Positions 26,986 to 36,505 of a stretch of 50,984 nt of DNA are shown in pieces. The notes under the pieces were generated by a model. The model was not told where the DNA came from. It did not search any database and saw only the letters and a list, made by a program, of their open reading frames with translations. Made by a program: the position numbers and the translations under genes. The stretch is from NCBI GenBank assembly GCA_002502295.1, contig DANX01000012.1, forward strand, positions 1 through 50,984. Reading direction: 5' to 3'. Position 1 is the stretch's first letter. Every line of letters begins with the position of its first letter. Origin of the DNA: Euryarchaeota archaeon UBA561 (GTDB lineage Archaea; Thermoplasmatota; Poseidoniia; Poseidoniales; Poseidoniaceae).

Positions 26986-27255
26986 TCAGTTCAGCGGATC
27001 GCTGACACCTTCTTCACCAAGGGTCCATTTCAGCGTCTTGACAACGCCCTCAAGAGCCTTGTGATTTCGAGCAGCTTCTTTCATGCCCGCCTTGTCCTTT
27101 TCGTCTTTGCATGCTTCATACCATTCCTTCCACTGATGCATTTTTTCAGTGGCCTGGTCAAGCATTTCCTCAATTTCTGCCCACGTGCGCTCGTAGGTTC
27201 GGTTCGGCGTAGATGACATGATTATCGGAGTTTCAGACGACAGCGACCCCTTCAT
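26986..27255 (-). CDS. Small helical hypothetical protein
   Basis: 89 aa (possibly 77 from an internal Met), charged and Trp-rich helical sequence. It is the last gene of a long minus-strand string. No family recognised. Confidence 0.45.
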   Translation of the reverse strand: MKGSLSSETPIIMSSTPNRTYERTWAEIEEMLDQATEKMHQWKEWYEACKDEKDKAGMKEAARNHKALEGVVKTLKWTLGEEGVSDPLN

Positions 27256-27266
27256 AGATGCTTGCC

Positions 27267-28346
27267 CTACGCGTCCGAGTTTTTAGGAATTTTTTTGTCG
27301 ATGTATTCTTCACCGGATTCAAGGACTGCTCCGTCCCCTACCACGCAATGATTCAAGGTTGTGCCCTCAGGAACAACCACCCCCACGCCGACCACCGAAC
27401 GGTGAACAAAAGCTCCAGATTCAACCGTACAGGCGTCCATGAGAAGTGAATCAGCAACGGTTGAATCAATGTCCACTAAGCACCCATGACCAATCACTGA
27501 GCGGCTGACATCGCCGTTGAGGCGAGCATCGCGTGCTTGAAGCACGCCGTCGGTGACAACGTAGGAACTCGGATAAGAAAAGGGCAGTTCATCGTAGCGT
27601 TCCATCAGTGTGGATTGAGCCCTTAGAAGTTCAAACGGCTGACCGACATCAAACCATAGCCCATCGATGGTTTTTGCATACATGGGCCAACCCAACTCTA
27701 ACAACTTCGGAAAGAGTTGTTTGCTAAAGTCAAACTTCTCGCCGTAAGGAATGTGATCAAACACCTCTGGCTCAAGAATGTAAAGCCCTGCATTGATGAC
27801 GTTGCTAAATGCCTCCTCGCGGGTAGGCTTTTCCAGGAAACGCCGGATAAATCCTTCTCGGAGCTCACCATCAACATCGCCATCCTGTGTTGGTGCCAAT
27901 CCTACGATGCCAAATTCCGAGGGATTGTCAACCTCCCACAATGCCATTGTGACTTTTGCACCGTGTTGACGATGAGCATCCAAGAGCGACGAGATATCAA
28001 ACGAGGCGACGGCATCACCCGAACCAACAACGCAGGTTGTGGAGACAAAATCCCTCAACAAGCCAACGCTACCTGCCGTTCCCATTGGCGTTGCCTCTTG
28101 GTTAATTCGAGCATTGACTGTGGGCCTCTCTGGTCCTTGGACACACCACGATTCCACGTGTGATTGGAGTTGTTCTCCACGGTAACCGGTCGTCACAACA
28201 ATGTCTCGAATGCCTGCCTCTACCATGGCTTCCTTGACGAAGTCAATGACTGGCCGACCAAGGACCTCAACCATCGGTTTCGGTCGCGTTGCTGTTAACG
28301 GCATGAGGCGAGAACCTTGCCCGCCTGCCATGATGATTCCCAACAT
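27267..28346 (-). CDS. Sugar-phosphate nucleotidyltransferase with a C-terminal left-handed beta-helix
   Basis: 359 aa. The N-terminus GIIMAGGQGSRLMPLTATRPKPMV is the G-x-G-x-R-L NTP_transferase motif. The C-terminus has hexapeptide-like repeats. Confidence 0.85.
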   Translation of the reverse strand: MLGIIMAGGQGSRLMPLTATRPKPMVEVLGRPVIDFVKEAMVEAGIRDIVVTTGYRGEQLQSHVESWCVQGPERPTVNARINQEATPMGTAGSVGLLRDFVSTTCVVGSGDAVASFDISSLLDAHRQHGAKVTMALWEVDNPSEFGIVGLAPTQDGDVDGELREGFIRRFLEKPTREEAFSNVINAGLYILEPEVFDHIPYGEKFDFSKQLFPKLLELGWPMYAKTIDGLWFDVGQPFELLRAQSTLMERYDELPFSYPSSYVVTDGVLQARDARLNGDVSRSVIGHGCLVDIDSTVADSLLMDACTVESGAFVHRSVVGVGVVVPEGTTLNHCVVGDGAVLESGEEYIDKKIPKNSDA

Positions 28347-28355
28347 CGCACGACC

Positions 28356-29357
28356 TCAACGTCGTCGGATGGGGCCTACACGGCGCATGTTCTTCTTTTT
28401 TGGAGAGTTCCCACCGCGCCTCGCTTTGTTGACGGTGTCATCTCGTCCAACACCGCCAAAGACCAATTCTCCGTCAGACAACAGAGATTCGACCAACCTA
28501 TCAGCGACTTCATCCGATTCAGCGCCGGTTTTCATCTCCGCTTTAACCGCTTTATTGTGGTCGGTCATCCATGACTCTCGTTCTTGTCGGGCCATGTTCA
28601 GTTGATCTCGGACCTTGTTGACGTTGACCATTAATTCGTCAATTTTAGCGTGAATAGCGTTGGCCTTTTCATGGAATTCAACCGATTCGTTGTGGTGGCG
28701 ATCGCCCTCGGATTTCAAGAAATCACGATGGTCGAGGCCTTCCTTGTACTCGGCCCATTTTTCATCTGCTCGCTTGAGTGCCTCAACAAAGAGGTTGTGA
28801 GCATCGTCTGATTCCGCCTTTAGCGTGGCGATGGCTTCATCCAAGTTTGAAAGATCGACAGAGACCATTTCAAATTTGGCGACTTCAGGTTCCAATTCAT
28901 CAGCACGGCGTTTCATTCGCTTGATTCGCTCCATGGTTTCTTTTTCCTTTTTTGTGCTTGAGGATGTGGTTTGGAATTGCTCTTCAAGCGTGTTGATTTG
29001 GCTCACGAGCTGAGCGTACTCTGCAGTGGCTGACTTCTTTTCACCTTGCTCACCACGGCGGCCCTTGGCTTGGGCGAAGAGGTCACGGAGTTGTGCATTT
29101 ACGGCGTCCCGCTTGGCTCGATGTGCGTTTCGCTCAGCGTGGATGGCGTCGAGTTCGGCTTTCACCAAATCCAGTTTTTCTCGGTGTTCTTTGTACTGGT
29201 CTTGGACAGCGTTGCGCTTCTTTGCCATCGCTTTGCCTTGGTCGCGAAGGTTGTTTCGGTTATCGCGCATTTTGCGGACGCGAGCTTCCATAGACGATAG
29301 CTCCTCACGCAGCTCAACGTCAGGGTTCTTCTCAGCATCATTGGGCATGCCGCGCAT
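28356..29357 (-). CDS. COG1340-type archaeal coiled-coil protein (paralogue 1)
   Basis: 333 aa of charged heptad-rich sequence (RNNLRDQGKAMAKKRNAVQDQYKEHREKLD...). The two-segment coiled-coil layout resembles the 36506-37381 product. The C-terminus reads LVESLLSDGEL followed by a basic tail. Confidence 0.7.
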   Translation of the reverse strand: MRGMPNDAEKNPDVELREELSSMEARVRKMRDNRNNLRDQGKAMAKKRNAVQDQYKEHREKLDLVKAELDAIHAERNAHRAKRDAVNAQLRDLFAQAKGRRGEQGEKKSATAEYAQLVSQINTLEEQFQTTSSSTKKEKETMERIKRMKRRADELEPEVAKFEMVSVDLSNLDEAIATLKAESDDAHNLFVEALKRADEKWAEYKEGLDHRDFLKSEGDRHHNESVEFHEKANAIHAKIDELMVNVNKVRDQLNMARQERESWMTDHNKAVKAEMKTGAESDEVADRLVESLLSDGELVFGGVGRDDTVNKARRGGNSPKKKNMRRVGPIRRR

Positions 29358-29411
29358 GATTGCTCCACCACCTTCACCATTTCAAGCCTATGCTTGAGGC
29401 GGGTTTGAACA

Positions 29412-30983
29412 TCAAAGAGCAGAGCCGCCGAAAACTTCCATCAGGAGACGAACGCTGGCGGCCAAGAGACCAAGGCCGCCGAACAAATACGACACGTACG
29501 TGCTTGTTGAGCGAAGCCATTGACGGAATTCTGCGCGCACTCGAACGTTGATTTGTCGTCCAAGCAACAACTCTCCGTTCGTTTCTTCCAATCGAACCGA
29601 GACAGTTGCGTCTCCTGAAGTGGTTGGAATTAGGGTTTGCCAGGAAACCGTGCTGTCCTTGAGCAAGCCCGACATTTTTCCGAGAACGTCGTCGTCGCCT
29701 TCTGCTGCAAGAGGCAAGGCCTCGGAAGACCACCAGTACTTTTCACCTGGTTCAAGACGATAGGTCAGCGCCAAATCTTTTGGTTCGAAGTTTGGAGTTT
29801 GAACTCGGAACACAACGGTTCGCGTCTTATCGGTCAAGTTGTGGAACAACGTGAACAAGTTGGCCTTGTTTGTAACCACGTTTTCCATGTCCACTTCAAA
29901 GATGAGGCCGTTCATGGCGGGTTCACGTCCACTTTCCAAATCCTGTTTCAACCGATCCACCATCCGGAAAAAGGCTGGGCAACGCTGGTTGATGAGACCA
30001 AGGAGAACCAGCCATGCTTCCAGAGTGAAGGTCTCGTGGGAAAAGACGTGCTCCATTCCTTTTTTCGTCAAAATTTCTCCCATCTCAGATTCCAGCGTTT
30101 TTCTGTCCAAGCCCGTAGCATGTCGGTAGAGGGTCATCAAAAATTTCTCATGGGCAAAGTGGCGATTAATTCCTCGCTTGAAACTTGTCTCAAGTGTTTT
30201 GGTGTACTCATCGTATTGCGACCGGAGCAGAGGGTCCATGTGGGTCTTGATCAAATCGTTGAACACCATGTTGAGCGTCGACGGATGAACCGGGGGGATA
30301 TACGCCGGGAGTAAGCCCGTTTGCTCGACCATGTTGAACGGTGTACTTCGTGTTGGGAGGTGCTGGCCAAACGACAAAAGAAGGAACGAGGCCGAGGTCA
30401 GCAAGAACAAGTTTCCATAGACGGTCCCAGTGCCGTACCAGAAAACCATGATCAGCGTCGTAGCAGATGTAATCGCGAGCATCAGCGATTTTGTATGGTG
30501 GGACATGGAGGTTTGCAACTGATGGAGCAAACCATCGTATCCATGGAGGGACTGAACAGAGCGATGCTCGTTGTTCGATGCATTGACGCGTTCATGGAAC
30601 GTGGCCAGAGAAATGCTGACCCTGTAGCGATGGAATCCGACGGCCAAGATGTAACCCAAAACAACCACAAAGGTCAGGCTCGCCATGAACGTAGCGAATC
30701 CGAGCCCGATGTTTGGGGCAATGTTTTCTTCCCAAAAGGATGGAGAAGATTGTGAAAAAGCCCAGCTTGAGAAAAAAGTGATGGCTGAAAAGGCTGGAAG
30801 AAACATGATGAGGCGTAAGCCAGAGCTGATAATTTGCCGGTCAATGGCATGGATAATTGATTCGGAGAGGTAGAATCCGAAACCTTGCGTTTTTGGAGAC
30901 GGTTTCTCATCGACCTCGTCAATCACCAGAGGGTCTTCCTCAGCCATGGTTCCTGATGCGAAGGTTTGTTCTAAAGTGTTCAC
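29412..30983 (-). CDS. Uncharacterised integral membrane protein (N-terminal TM bundle, soluble alpha then beta domains, C-terminal TM)
   Basis: 523 aa with about four N-terminal hydrophobic helices and a terminal TM (YVSYLFGGLGLLAASVRLLMEVF). The GTG start overlaps the DtxR stop as GTGA. An alternative ATG lies at 30947. Confidence 0.65.
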   Translation of the reverse strand: MNTLEQTFASGTMAEEDPLVIDEVDEKPSPKTQGFGFYLSESIIHAIDRQIISSGLRLIMFLPAFSAITFFSSWAFSQSSPSFWEENIAPNIGLGFATFMASLTFVVVLGYILAVGFHRYRVSISLATFHERVNASNNEHRSVQSLHGYDGLLHQLQTSMSHHTKSLMLAITSATTLIMVFWYGTGTVYGNLFLLTSASFLLLSFGQHLPTRSTPFNMVEQTGLLPAYIPPVHPSTLNMVFNDLIKTHMDPLLRSQYDEYTKTLETSFKRGINRHFAHEKFLMTLYRHATGLDRKTLESEMGEILTKKGMEHVFSHETFTLEAWLVLLGLINQRCPAFFRMVDRLKQDLESGREPAMNGLIFEVDMENVVTNKANLFTLFHNLTDKTRTVVFRVQTPNFEPKDLALTYRLEPGEKYWWSSEALPLAAEGDDDVLGKMSGLLKDSTVSWQTLIPTTSGDATVSVRLEETNGELLLGRQINVRVRAEFRQWLRSTSTYVSYLFGGLGLLAASVRLLMEVFGGSAL

Positions 30984-31648
30984 ACAGTTTTTGGTTCAAT
31001 TTTGACAAAAATTGACTTCATCACATCGTCCGAGAGTTGTATGGCAATTCCGTTTTCCAACACAAATGAACTGTTCTCTTTCCGAACGAAAGCACCGATT
31101 TCAAAACCTTGTTGATTCATGACCGTCAATTCAGTTGCCGGCACAAGCAGGATGGTTAAACGTCCGGAATCACCCTCGGCCAGTACATCGAGTGAACATG
31201 TTTGCCCCATGGAAGAAAGTCGTTCGGCGATATCAGAGGTGGGTTTTGGAATCAAACGACCGCTCGGGTCACGGGTTTCGGCGTTTACCAAATGCGAGAG
31301 CGCAACCTCCATGTCGTCGTCAATGGCATGTTCCAACCTGCATGCTGTGTCGTGTGGATTTCCGTCGTAAGGCAAAAGTTTGAGCAACACGGTGGCGAGG
31401 CGATGGCGACGTTTCATTTTCTGCCCGTGCACCAGCCCTTGTTCGGTCAAACGGGCGCCTTTGTATGGAATGTATTCAAGATAACCACGTGCAGCAAGCC
31501 GCTGAACCATCTCAGTTGCTGAGGCAGGACTTACGCCCAATCCAGAGGCAAGGTCGCCGGTTCGGACGACGCCACCTTCATCACTTTCATGGAATTCGTA
31601 CATCATCTCAAGATACTCATCTTCAAATTCTTGAAAGTGTCCTACCAT
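30980..31648 (-). CDS. DtxR/MntR-family metal-dependent transcriptional repressor with a C-terminal FeoA/SH3-like domain
   Basis: 222 aa. The wHTH region is TGDLASGLGVSPASATEMVQRLAARGYL. The dimerisation and metal-site region is RRHRLATVLL...ACRLEHAI. A GGTGG Shine-Dalgarno-like sequence precedes the ATG. Confidence 0.85.
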   Translation of the reverse strand: MVGHFQEFEDEYLEMMYEFHESDEGGVVRTGDLASGLGVSPASATEMVQRLAARGYLEYIPYKGARLTEQGLVHGQKMKRRHRLATVLLKLLPYDGNPHDTACRLEHAIDDDMEVALSHLVNAETRDPSGRLIPKPTSDIAERLSSMGQTCSLDVLAEGDSGRLTILLVPATELTVMNQQGFEIGAFVRKENSSFVLENGIAIQLSDDVMKSIFVKIEPKTV

Positions 31649-31657
31649 TGTCCCACC

Positions 31658-34177
31658 CTACGGGGTGCGTAAGCCTTCATTGGCTTTGAAGACTTGGGTG
31701 CACGACGGACATCGAACGGAACCCTCGTAGGAACTCGGTATCCGCAATGTCTGGTCGCAAGCAGGGCAGCCGATCTCTATTTTTTCCGGAAGCTCTTCAC
31801 TTTCGTTTTCTTGGACCTCAACATCGTCATCATCTTCGGTTTCAGGCTCCGAGGAGGGGGGGACTGAGGCATCCACGGTGAATTTGAATCCGCAATCTGG
31901 GCACCCGATGTTCCCTGAATATGATACGGGAACCCGAAGGCGACGATCGCATTCAGGGCAAGAGACCTCGCGCTTCTCGTCCTTGTTGAACGATGTCGTC
32001 ATGGATGGTTTTTGTGCGGTTGACTCCTTTTTTGGCCGAGGTGCATGTTGTTTTTGTGCTCGAAGACGAAGCACCAAGGAAACTGCTCCACCGAGCATCA
32101 ATCCCCAAGCGATGGCCGCCAGTGGCCATTGATTGGAGTTTTCAACGACATCCTCACCAGAAACGTACGTTACTTCAGCGTTGACGACGTTCCCATTTAT
32201 GTGCCAAAGCGCTTGGAGAGCGACGTTGCTACCCTTGGGCCAGGTAATCTCCATTGAAAACGTCCTTTCTGACGTATCCTGCCAAGCTGGAGAAGTGACT
32301 TTTGCCAAACTTGAACCGTATGAATCAACCACCCAGACCTCGCCTTGTGAATGTTGGAACGGACCGGTTTGTCGCACCGTGAGTTGAAGCGTGACCTCAT
32401 CCCCTTGAACAGGCCGTATTGGATCAGTTGTGCTCGAAAACTCAATCCAAAACACGGTTGGCTCATCAGAAAGGGATGCCGTGGTCGCAAGTGGACCTGG
32501 CCCAATCATCCATCCAACCGGAGAAATTTGAGCAACGAGACTGTCCGCTTGAATGTCTCCAAAAGAAAAGGTAAACATCTGCATGCCCGGTTGAAGAAGA
32601 AGGTCATTTTCTTGCAAGAAAACCGTGGAATCACCCGTTTCATAACCGACTTGGAGACGAACCGTTCGTTCATTCCCTTCATCCAGGTTCAATTTCACGG
32701 TGAACTGGACGCCCTCATCCGCTGTTTTGTTGACATCCATGACCGAGACTCCAACGGATTGTTGTGCTTGCACAGACATGCTGAGTGCCCCCTCATCCAC
32801 ACCGACCACCAAGCCATTATCGCTCTCCAGCGACCATGAGAGCGTTTGCATGCCCTCGTTGAGAAGTTGCATGCTTGAGGAGACCTCTCCAGCTGAACCC
32901 TCGCTTAATTCTACCCACGCTCCTTGTGCAACCGATGAATCCATGGAGAGTACAAGACGAACGCGCCCATCGAGCTCCCCTGTGTTCCGAAGAAGCAAAT
33001 TGGCAGCCACTGTGTCGCCCTTGTGCCATGGACCACCTGACAATGTCGGGGTCGACGAACCCGCTGATTCAAACACCGCAGATGGCATAGCAACGTTGAG
33101 TGTGACTGGGAACGTTGACGAGGGATCAATCCGAGAACCAACCGTTTCACATACGACAACCATTGGTTTTGCTGACCGCTCATAGGTCCAATCAACGGAT
33201 GTTCCAGCACCGATGCTGACGTCGCTAAGGTTGAACACTTCAATGCCGTCTTCCAAACATGACAAACCTCCGTCGTAGGGTATGGTACCGTTGTTCCAAA
33301 CGCGGAGGGAAAGATTGAGTTTACCACCCGCTACTACTTCGTCTGCGTCCGAAGAGAGCGCCCCTTCGAGCATCGCCAACGGAGGGGGACCGACGACCCA
33401 TGTGCCGTTCAACTCGTGCGTTCCCGGTTCAGTTCCTACATTTCCGGTAAGATTGACCCACCAAGAAAGCACACCTTCGGTGAGTTGCATGGTCGGTTGG
33501 AGGGAAACAAAGGAAGAGGAGGAGGCCTCCACACTTGCGTTTTCCAAAACGACCTGTTCATGGTGACCATTGTTGTGAAGATCGACGACAGCCCCTCCTG
33601 TCCAGTTGACATCCCCGTCGTTGATAATCGGGAAGTCAATGCGGAGGTAATCGCCGTCATGAAGCGAGAGGTTTGTGGTCGATGATCCGTTCTGATGCAC
33701 AGGTTCGGAAACAATGCTCCCCACGCCTCCAAGCGAAACAGACAGCGGCCTAAGCCGTTGCACGGTTCGAGAGATTGAACTCTTGTGCGTGCTTGTATTC
33801 GTCCCAACTTCTCCAGAGAGTTCTGCCGTGACTTTGCTAAATCCGTATGGAAGATTGGTGAAGTTAGCGGAGATGTTCCGAAGCTCAAAAGCGCCGAGTT
33901 CGGAAAGAAGTTGACTTTGATTGGATAGGAGAACCCCCTCAAGAGATTCCACTGTGAGCGTGAGGGTTATGTTGGCTGAGAACCCAACCATTTCATGCAC
34001 TTCTAATGTGGTTGAAAGGTTCGACGACTCCACCGTGGCATAGTCCGGGATTCCAAACGAGGCCTCCTCAATTAAAACGCCACCTCCTTGGGCTTGAACT
34101 CCAGAAAAAAGGGGTATCATGAACAAAACGACCAACGCGAGACTCAACCTCCTCGCCCCAGCCAAGTCGCCCTGCAT
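31658..34177 (-). CDS. Large surface protein (beta-rich ectodomain, one TM, cytoplasmic tail with two MJ0042-like zinc ribbons)
   Basis: Start trimmed to the ATG at 34177 (MQGDLAGARRLSLALVVLFMIPLFSGVQAQG, a signal peptide). The TM lies at about 32069-32128. The tail contains CPECDRRLRVPVSYSGNIGCPDCG and CPACDQTLRIPSSYEGSVRCPSC. Confidence 0.7.
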   Translation of the reverse strand: MQGDLAGARRLSLALVVLFMIPLFSGVQAQGGGVLIEEASFGIPDYATVESSNLSTTLEVHEMVGFSANITLTLTVESLEGVLLSNQSQLLSELGAFELRNISANFTNLPYGFSKVTAELSGEVGTNTSTHKSSISRTVQRLRPLSVSLGGVGSIVSEPVHQNGSSTTNLSLHDGDYLRIDFPIINDGDVNWTGGAVVDLHNNGHHEQVVLENASVEASSSSFVSLQPTMQLTEGVLSWWVNLTGNVGTEPGTHELNGTWVVGPPPLAMLEGALSSDADEVVAGGKLNLSLRVWNNGTIPYDGGLSCLEDGIEVFNLSDVSIGAGTSVDWTYERSAKPMVVVCETVGSRIDPSSTFPVTLNVAMPSAVFESAGSSTPTLSGGPWHKGDTVAANLLLRNTGELDGRVRLVLSMDSSVAQGAWVELSEGSAGEVSSSMQLLNEGMQTLSWSLESDNGLVVGVDEGALSMSVQAQQSVGVSVMDVNKTADEGVQFTVKLNLDEGNERTVRLQVGYETGDSTVFLQENDLLLQPGMQMFTFSFGDIQADSLVAQISPVGWMIGPGPLATTASLSDEPTVFWIEFSSTTDPIRPVQGDEVTLQLTVRQTGPFQHSQGEVWVVDSYGSSLAKVTSPAWQDTSERTFSMEITWPKGSNVALQALWHINGNVVNAEVTYVSGEDVVENSNQWPLAAIAWGLMLGGAVSLVLRLRAQKQHAPRPKKESTAQKPSMTTSFNKDEKREVSCPECDRRLRVPVSYSGNIGCPDCGFKFTVDASVPPSSEPETEDDDDVEVQENESEELPEKIEIGCPACDQTLRIPSSYEGSVRCPSCTQVFKANEGLRTP

Positions 34178-34340
34178 GAAGATGCGTGGAGAAAGTGGTT
34201 CTTCACCTTCTCGCAAGTAGGTGACCCAAGGGGTTGTTTCTTTTACGTTGAATGAACACCCCAAACCAATGCAGGCGGAGGAGTTGTTGTCCATCACGCC
34301 CGAGAGAATGGTCGAGGCCATATTGGGACGGAGACAATCC

Positions 34341-34715
34341 ATGGCAGCAAGCCTACCGGAAGCCCTTCAACAACGAACTGAAGAGAACAATCGGGCTTAC
34401 AAACTCGCCAAAGATGCGAGGGATGCCCTCATGACGCTCAAATCGATGGAGAACGATTCATCAGCACACCAGGCGGCATTGAAAAAAGCTCAAAACATCT
34501 ACGACGAACATGAGTCCTTTCGACGACGAACGAGTTCCCGCCTTCAGACGTTGAAAAACAGCGTCAAAGATTGCGATGAATCAATTGAATTTTGGACCAA
34601 CATGAGCAATGGTGATTGGGGGCATCTGCTCGAAGATGCGAACCGTCTCGCTTCGGGAGGTGATTCAAGTTATGCAAAATCAAAGCAGCAACCGGTCACG
34701 GAGGAGAAGCAATGA
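34341..34715 (+). CDS. Small coiled-coil protein
   Basis: 124 aa from the ATG at 34341 (the track ORF starts at 34221, overlapping the divergent gene's extension). The sequence is charged and helical. Its stop overlaps the next start as ATGA. Confidence 0.45.
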   Translation: MAASLPEALQQRTEENNRAYKLAKDARDALMTLKSMENDSSAHQAALKKAQNIYDEHESFRRRTSSRLQTLKNSVKDCDESIEFWTNMSNGDWGHLLEDANRLASGGDSSYAKSKQQPVTEEKQ

Positions 34716-35560
34716 CTCGAAGAACCGCTTCACTGTTCGAGGACCTTGTTGAACTTGAAGCCGCTGAGGTTGAAGCCATGTACGGTGAAGTCTTGGAAAA
34801 AGTGAACGCTACAGATGCCACACTTGTCGAACTCCAAATAAAGAAGAAAATCCACTCAGAGACCATCCGGTTTGCCGTCAACAAAGGCCCCGCACCGGTT
34901 ATCGGAGATTCGAAGCATGCAGAGGAACTGATCAGCCTCGCCATTGAACAAAAAAATCGCTTCGATACCTGCCTTATTGATCGGGATCGCTTGGTTCAGC
35001 GCCTGAGCGTTCCTCGGCATCGCGTGCGCAACACGATTTCCGAATTTTTCGACAAATTAACCACCACAAGCAACCACCATGAGTCACCAACGTTGGCCAG
35101 TGAAATCGAGATGTTTTCTCGGTTTTTTGAGTTGCAAGCCATGCTGAAAATCTACCAAGAGCAAAAATCGGTTGTTGCCGATCTTAATCAAGCGAGGCGA
35201 ATGTTGCTCGAAACCGTCAAAAACGTGAACAAAAATGACCGAAAGTACGCTCAACAAATCACGAAGAAAAGGGAATCCTCAAAGCAACTCCGAAAAGAGG
35301 CCGGGCGGTTGCGAGCATTTCTCAAACAGAGCACTGTTGGCTCCGAGGACACCGTGCCCCCCTCAATTCCAGAATTGAGTGAACGCCTGCTAGCAGGTGA
35401 TGCTCTCAGCATGGAGGAATTTGCAGCCATGTTGGAGCACGGAGGACTCACAGAGATGAGCGAGGAAAATCGCATGGAATCTCCAGGAAAACCCGCAGTT
35501 CAACAGAAACAACCGCCCAAGTCTCGACGAAAAAAACGGCGACACCCCCAGAAGGAGTGA
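34712..35560 (+). CDS. Coiled-coil protein, divergent COG1340-like (paralogue 2)
   Basis: 282 aa of helical, charged sequence. It carries the C-terminal motif LSERLLAGDALSMEEFAAML followed by a basic tail (KSRRKKRRHPQKE). Confidence 0.6.
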   Translation: MTRRTASLFEDLVELEAAEVEAMYGEVLEKVNATDATLVELQIKKKIHSETIRFAVNKGPAPVIGDSKHAEELISLAIEQKNRFDTCLIDRDRLVQRLSVPRHRVRNTISEFFDKLTTTSNHHESPTLASEIEMFSRFFELQAMLKIYQEQKSVVADLNQARRMLLETVKNVNKNDRKYAQQITKKRESSKQLRKEAGRLRAFLKQSTVGSEDTVPPSIPELSERLLAGDALSMEEFAAMLEHGGLTEMSEENRMESPGKPAVQQKQPPKSRRKKRRHPQKE

Positions 35561-36054
35561 GATGCGTGCCGTCCATGGCTTGGCTGCAAGGAGGAAGCCT
35601 TCTCGATTACACGGATGAAGCCGTTCAGGACGTGATTGACCTCTTTCTCAACGAAACTGGAGAGCGCTATGCAGAGGCATCAGTACGGCATCTGCCCATT
35701 CCCATCTGGGATGCGAATCTTGTGCTGGTCGACCTCGAACAAGACCTACCTCGCACAATTCAGGGTGTTTTTTTTGGAACGCCTTTCAAAGAAAACATTG
35801 TCCGAGTGGCCGCCTTTGTAATTGCCGCAAAACACCAGGGAAACGACCACGGAACCGAGGCATGGAATCGCTTCAACAAGGAAGTTTGGATGAAAGGATT
35901 TCGTCAAGTTCAGCTCGAAGTAAAAGCCGAAAATACAGGTGCTCAGAGGTTTTACCAACGCCGCGGGTTGACGATTCAAAACGAATTGAACGGATATTAC
36001 CAATCGGGTTTGGGATACATGATGAGAGGCCCGCTATCGCCACCAAAGGATTGA
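35557..36054 (+). CDS. GNAT-family N-acetyltransferase (RimI-like)
   Basis: 165 aa. VQLEVKAENTGAQRFYQRRGL is the acetyl-CoA-binding motif A region (Q/RxxGxG/A variant). The start overlaps the upstream stop (GTGA). An alternative ATG lies at 35575. Confidence 0.8.
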   Translation: MRCVPSMAWLQGGSLLDYTDEAVQDVIDLFLNETGERYAEASVRHLPIPIWDANLVLVDLEQDLPRTIQGVFFGTPFKENIVRVAAFVIAAKHQGNDHGTEAWNRFNKEVWMKGFRQVQLEVKAENTGAQRFYQRRGLTIQNELNGYYQSGLGYMMRGPLSPPKD

Positions 36055-36088
36055 GAAGGATTATTCACCTTGGTATCAAGTTGTTATC

Positions 36089-36388
36089 ATGATTGAAGAG
36101 GCCATGCGCCAACTGACTTCCATCGATGGTGTTCAAACCGTTCATCTCCTCGAGGAAGATGGTTTTGTGGTTTACTCACACGGAGAAGCGAACGCTGGGA
36201 GTGTGTCTGGTGATTTCACACGATGGCAGACCCTTCTTCAAACGGCGGAAAAGAAGTCAATGATTACCCTCGTAATGGAACAAGGCTACCTTGTTTTCCA
36301 CATGTTTGGACCTCAAATCTTGGTGGTAAAATGCACACGGGATGCAAACCTCGGGGCACTCAGGTCTACCATCAGGGGTGTTTGCTAG
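36089..36388 (+). CDS. Roadblock/LC7 (MglB-like) domain protein
   Basis: 99 aa. IDGVQTVHLLEEDGFVVYSHG.....LVMEQGYLVFHMFGPQILVVKC follows the Roadblock/LC7 alpha-beta-alpha pattern. Coordinates are taken from the ORF track. Confidence 0.75.
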   Translation: MIEEAMRQLTSIDGVQTVHLLEEDGFVVYSHGEANAGSVSGDFTRWQTLLQTAEKKSMITLVMEQGYLVFHMFGPQILVVKCTRDANLGALRSTIRGVC

Positions 36389-36505
36389 GTGGCCGAATCA
36401 CCATGCAGGGCGTTGGTCTGTGGCTCCATGAAGGATTAAATGGGGGAGGTTTGTGGCAAGACCGCGGGAGGATGGGAATCCTCCACAGACCAGGTGAGAT
36501 GAAGA

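Noticed and set aside
34178-34342. 55-codon N-terminal extension of the large surface protein ORF. Similar extensions occur at 22793-22894 (S3Ae), 12488-12562 (psmB), 25925-25990 (pdxS) and 13178-13249 (ZPR1)
   Set aside because: In each case an internal ATG gives the canonical N-terminus (signal peptide, MAKK.., propeptide and so on). The extension overlaps a neighbouring gene or promoter region.
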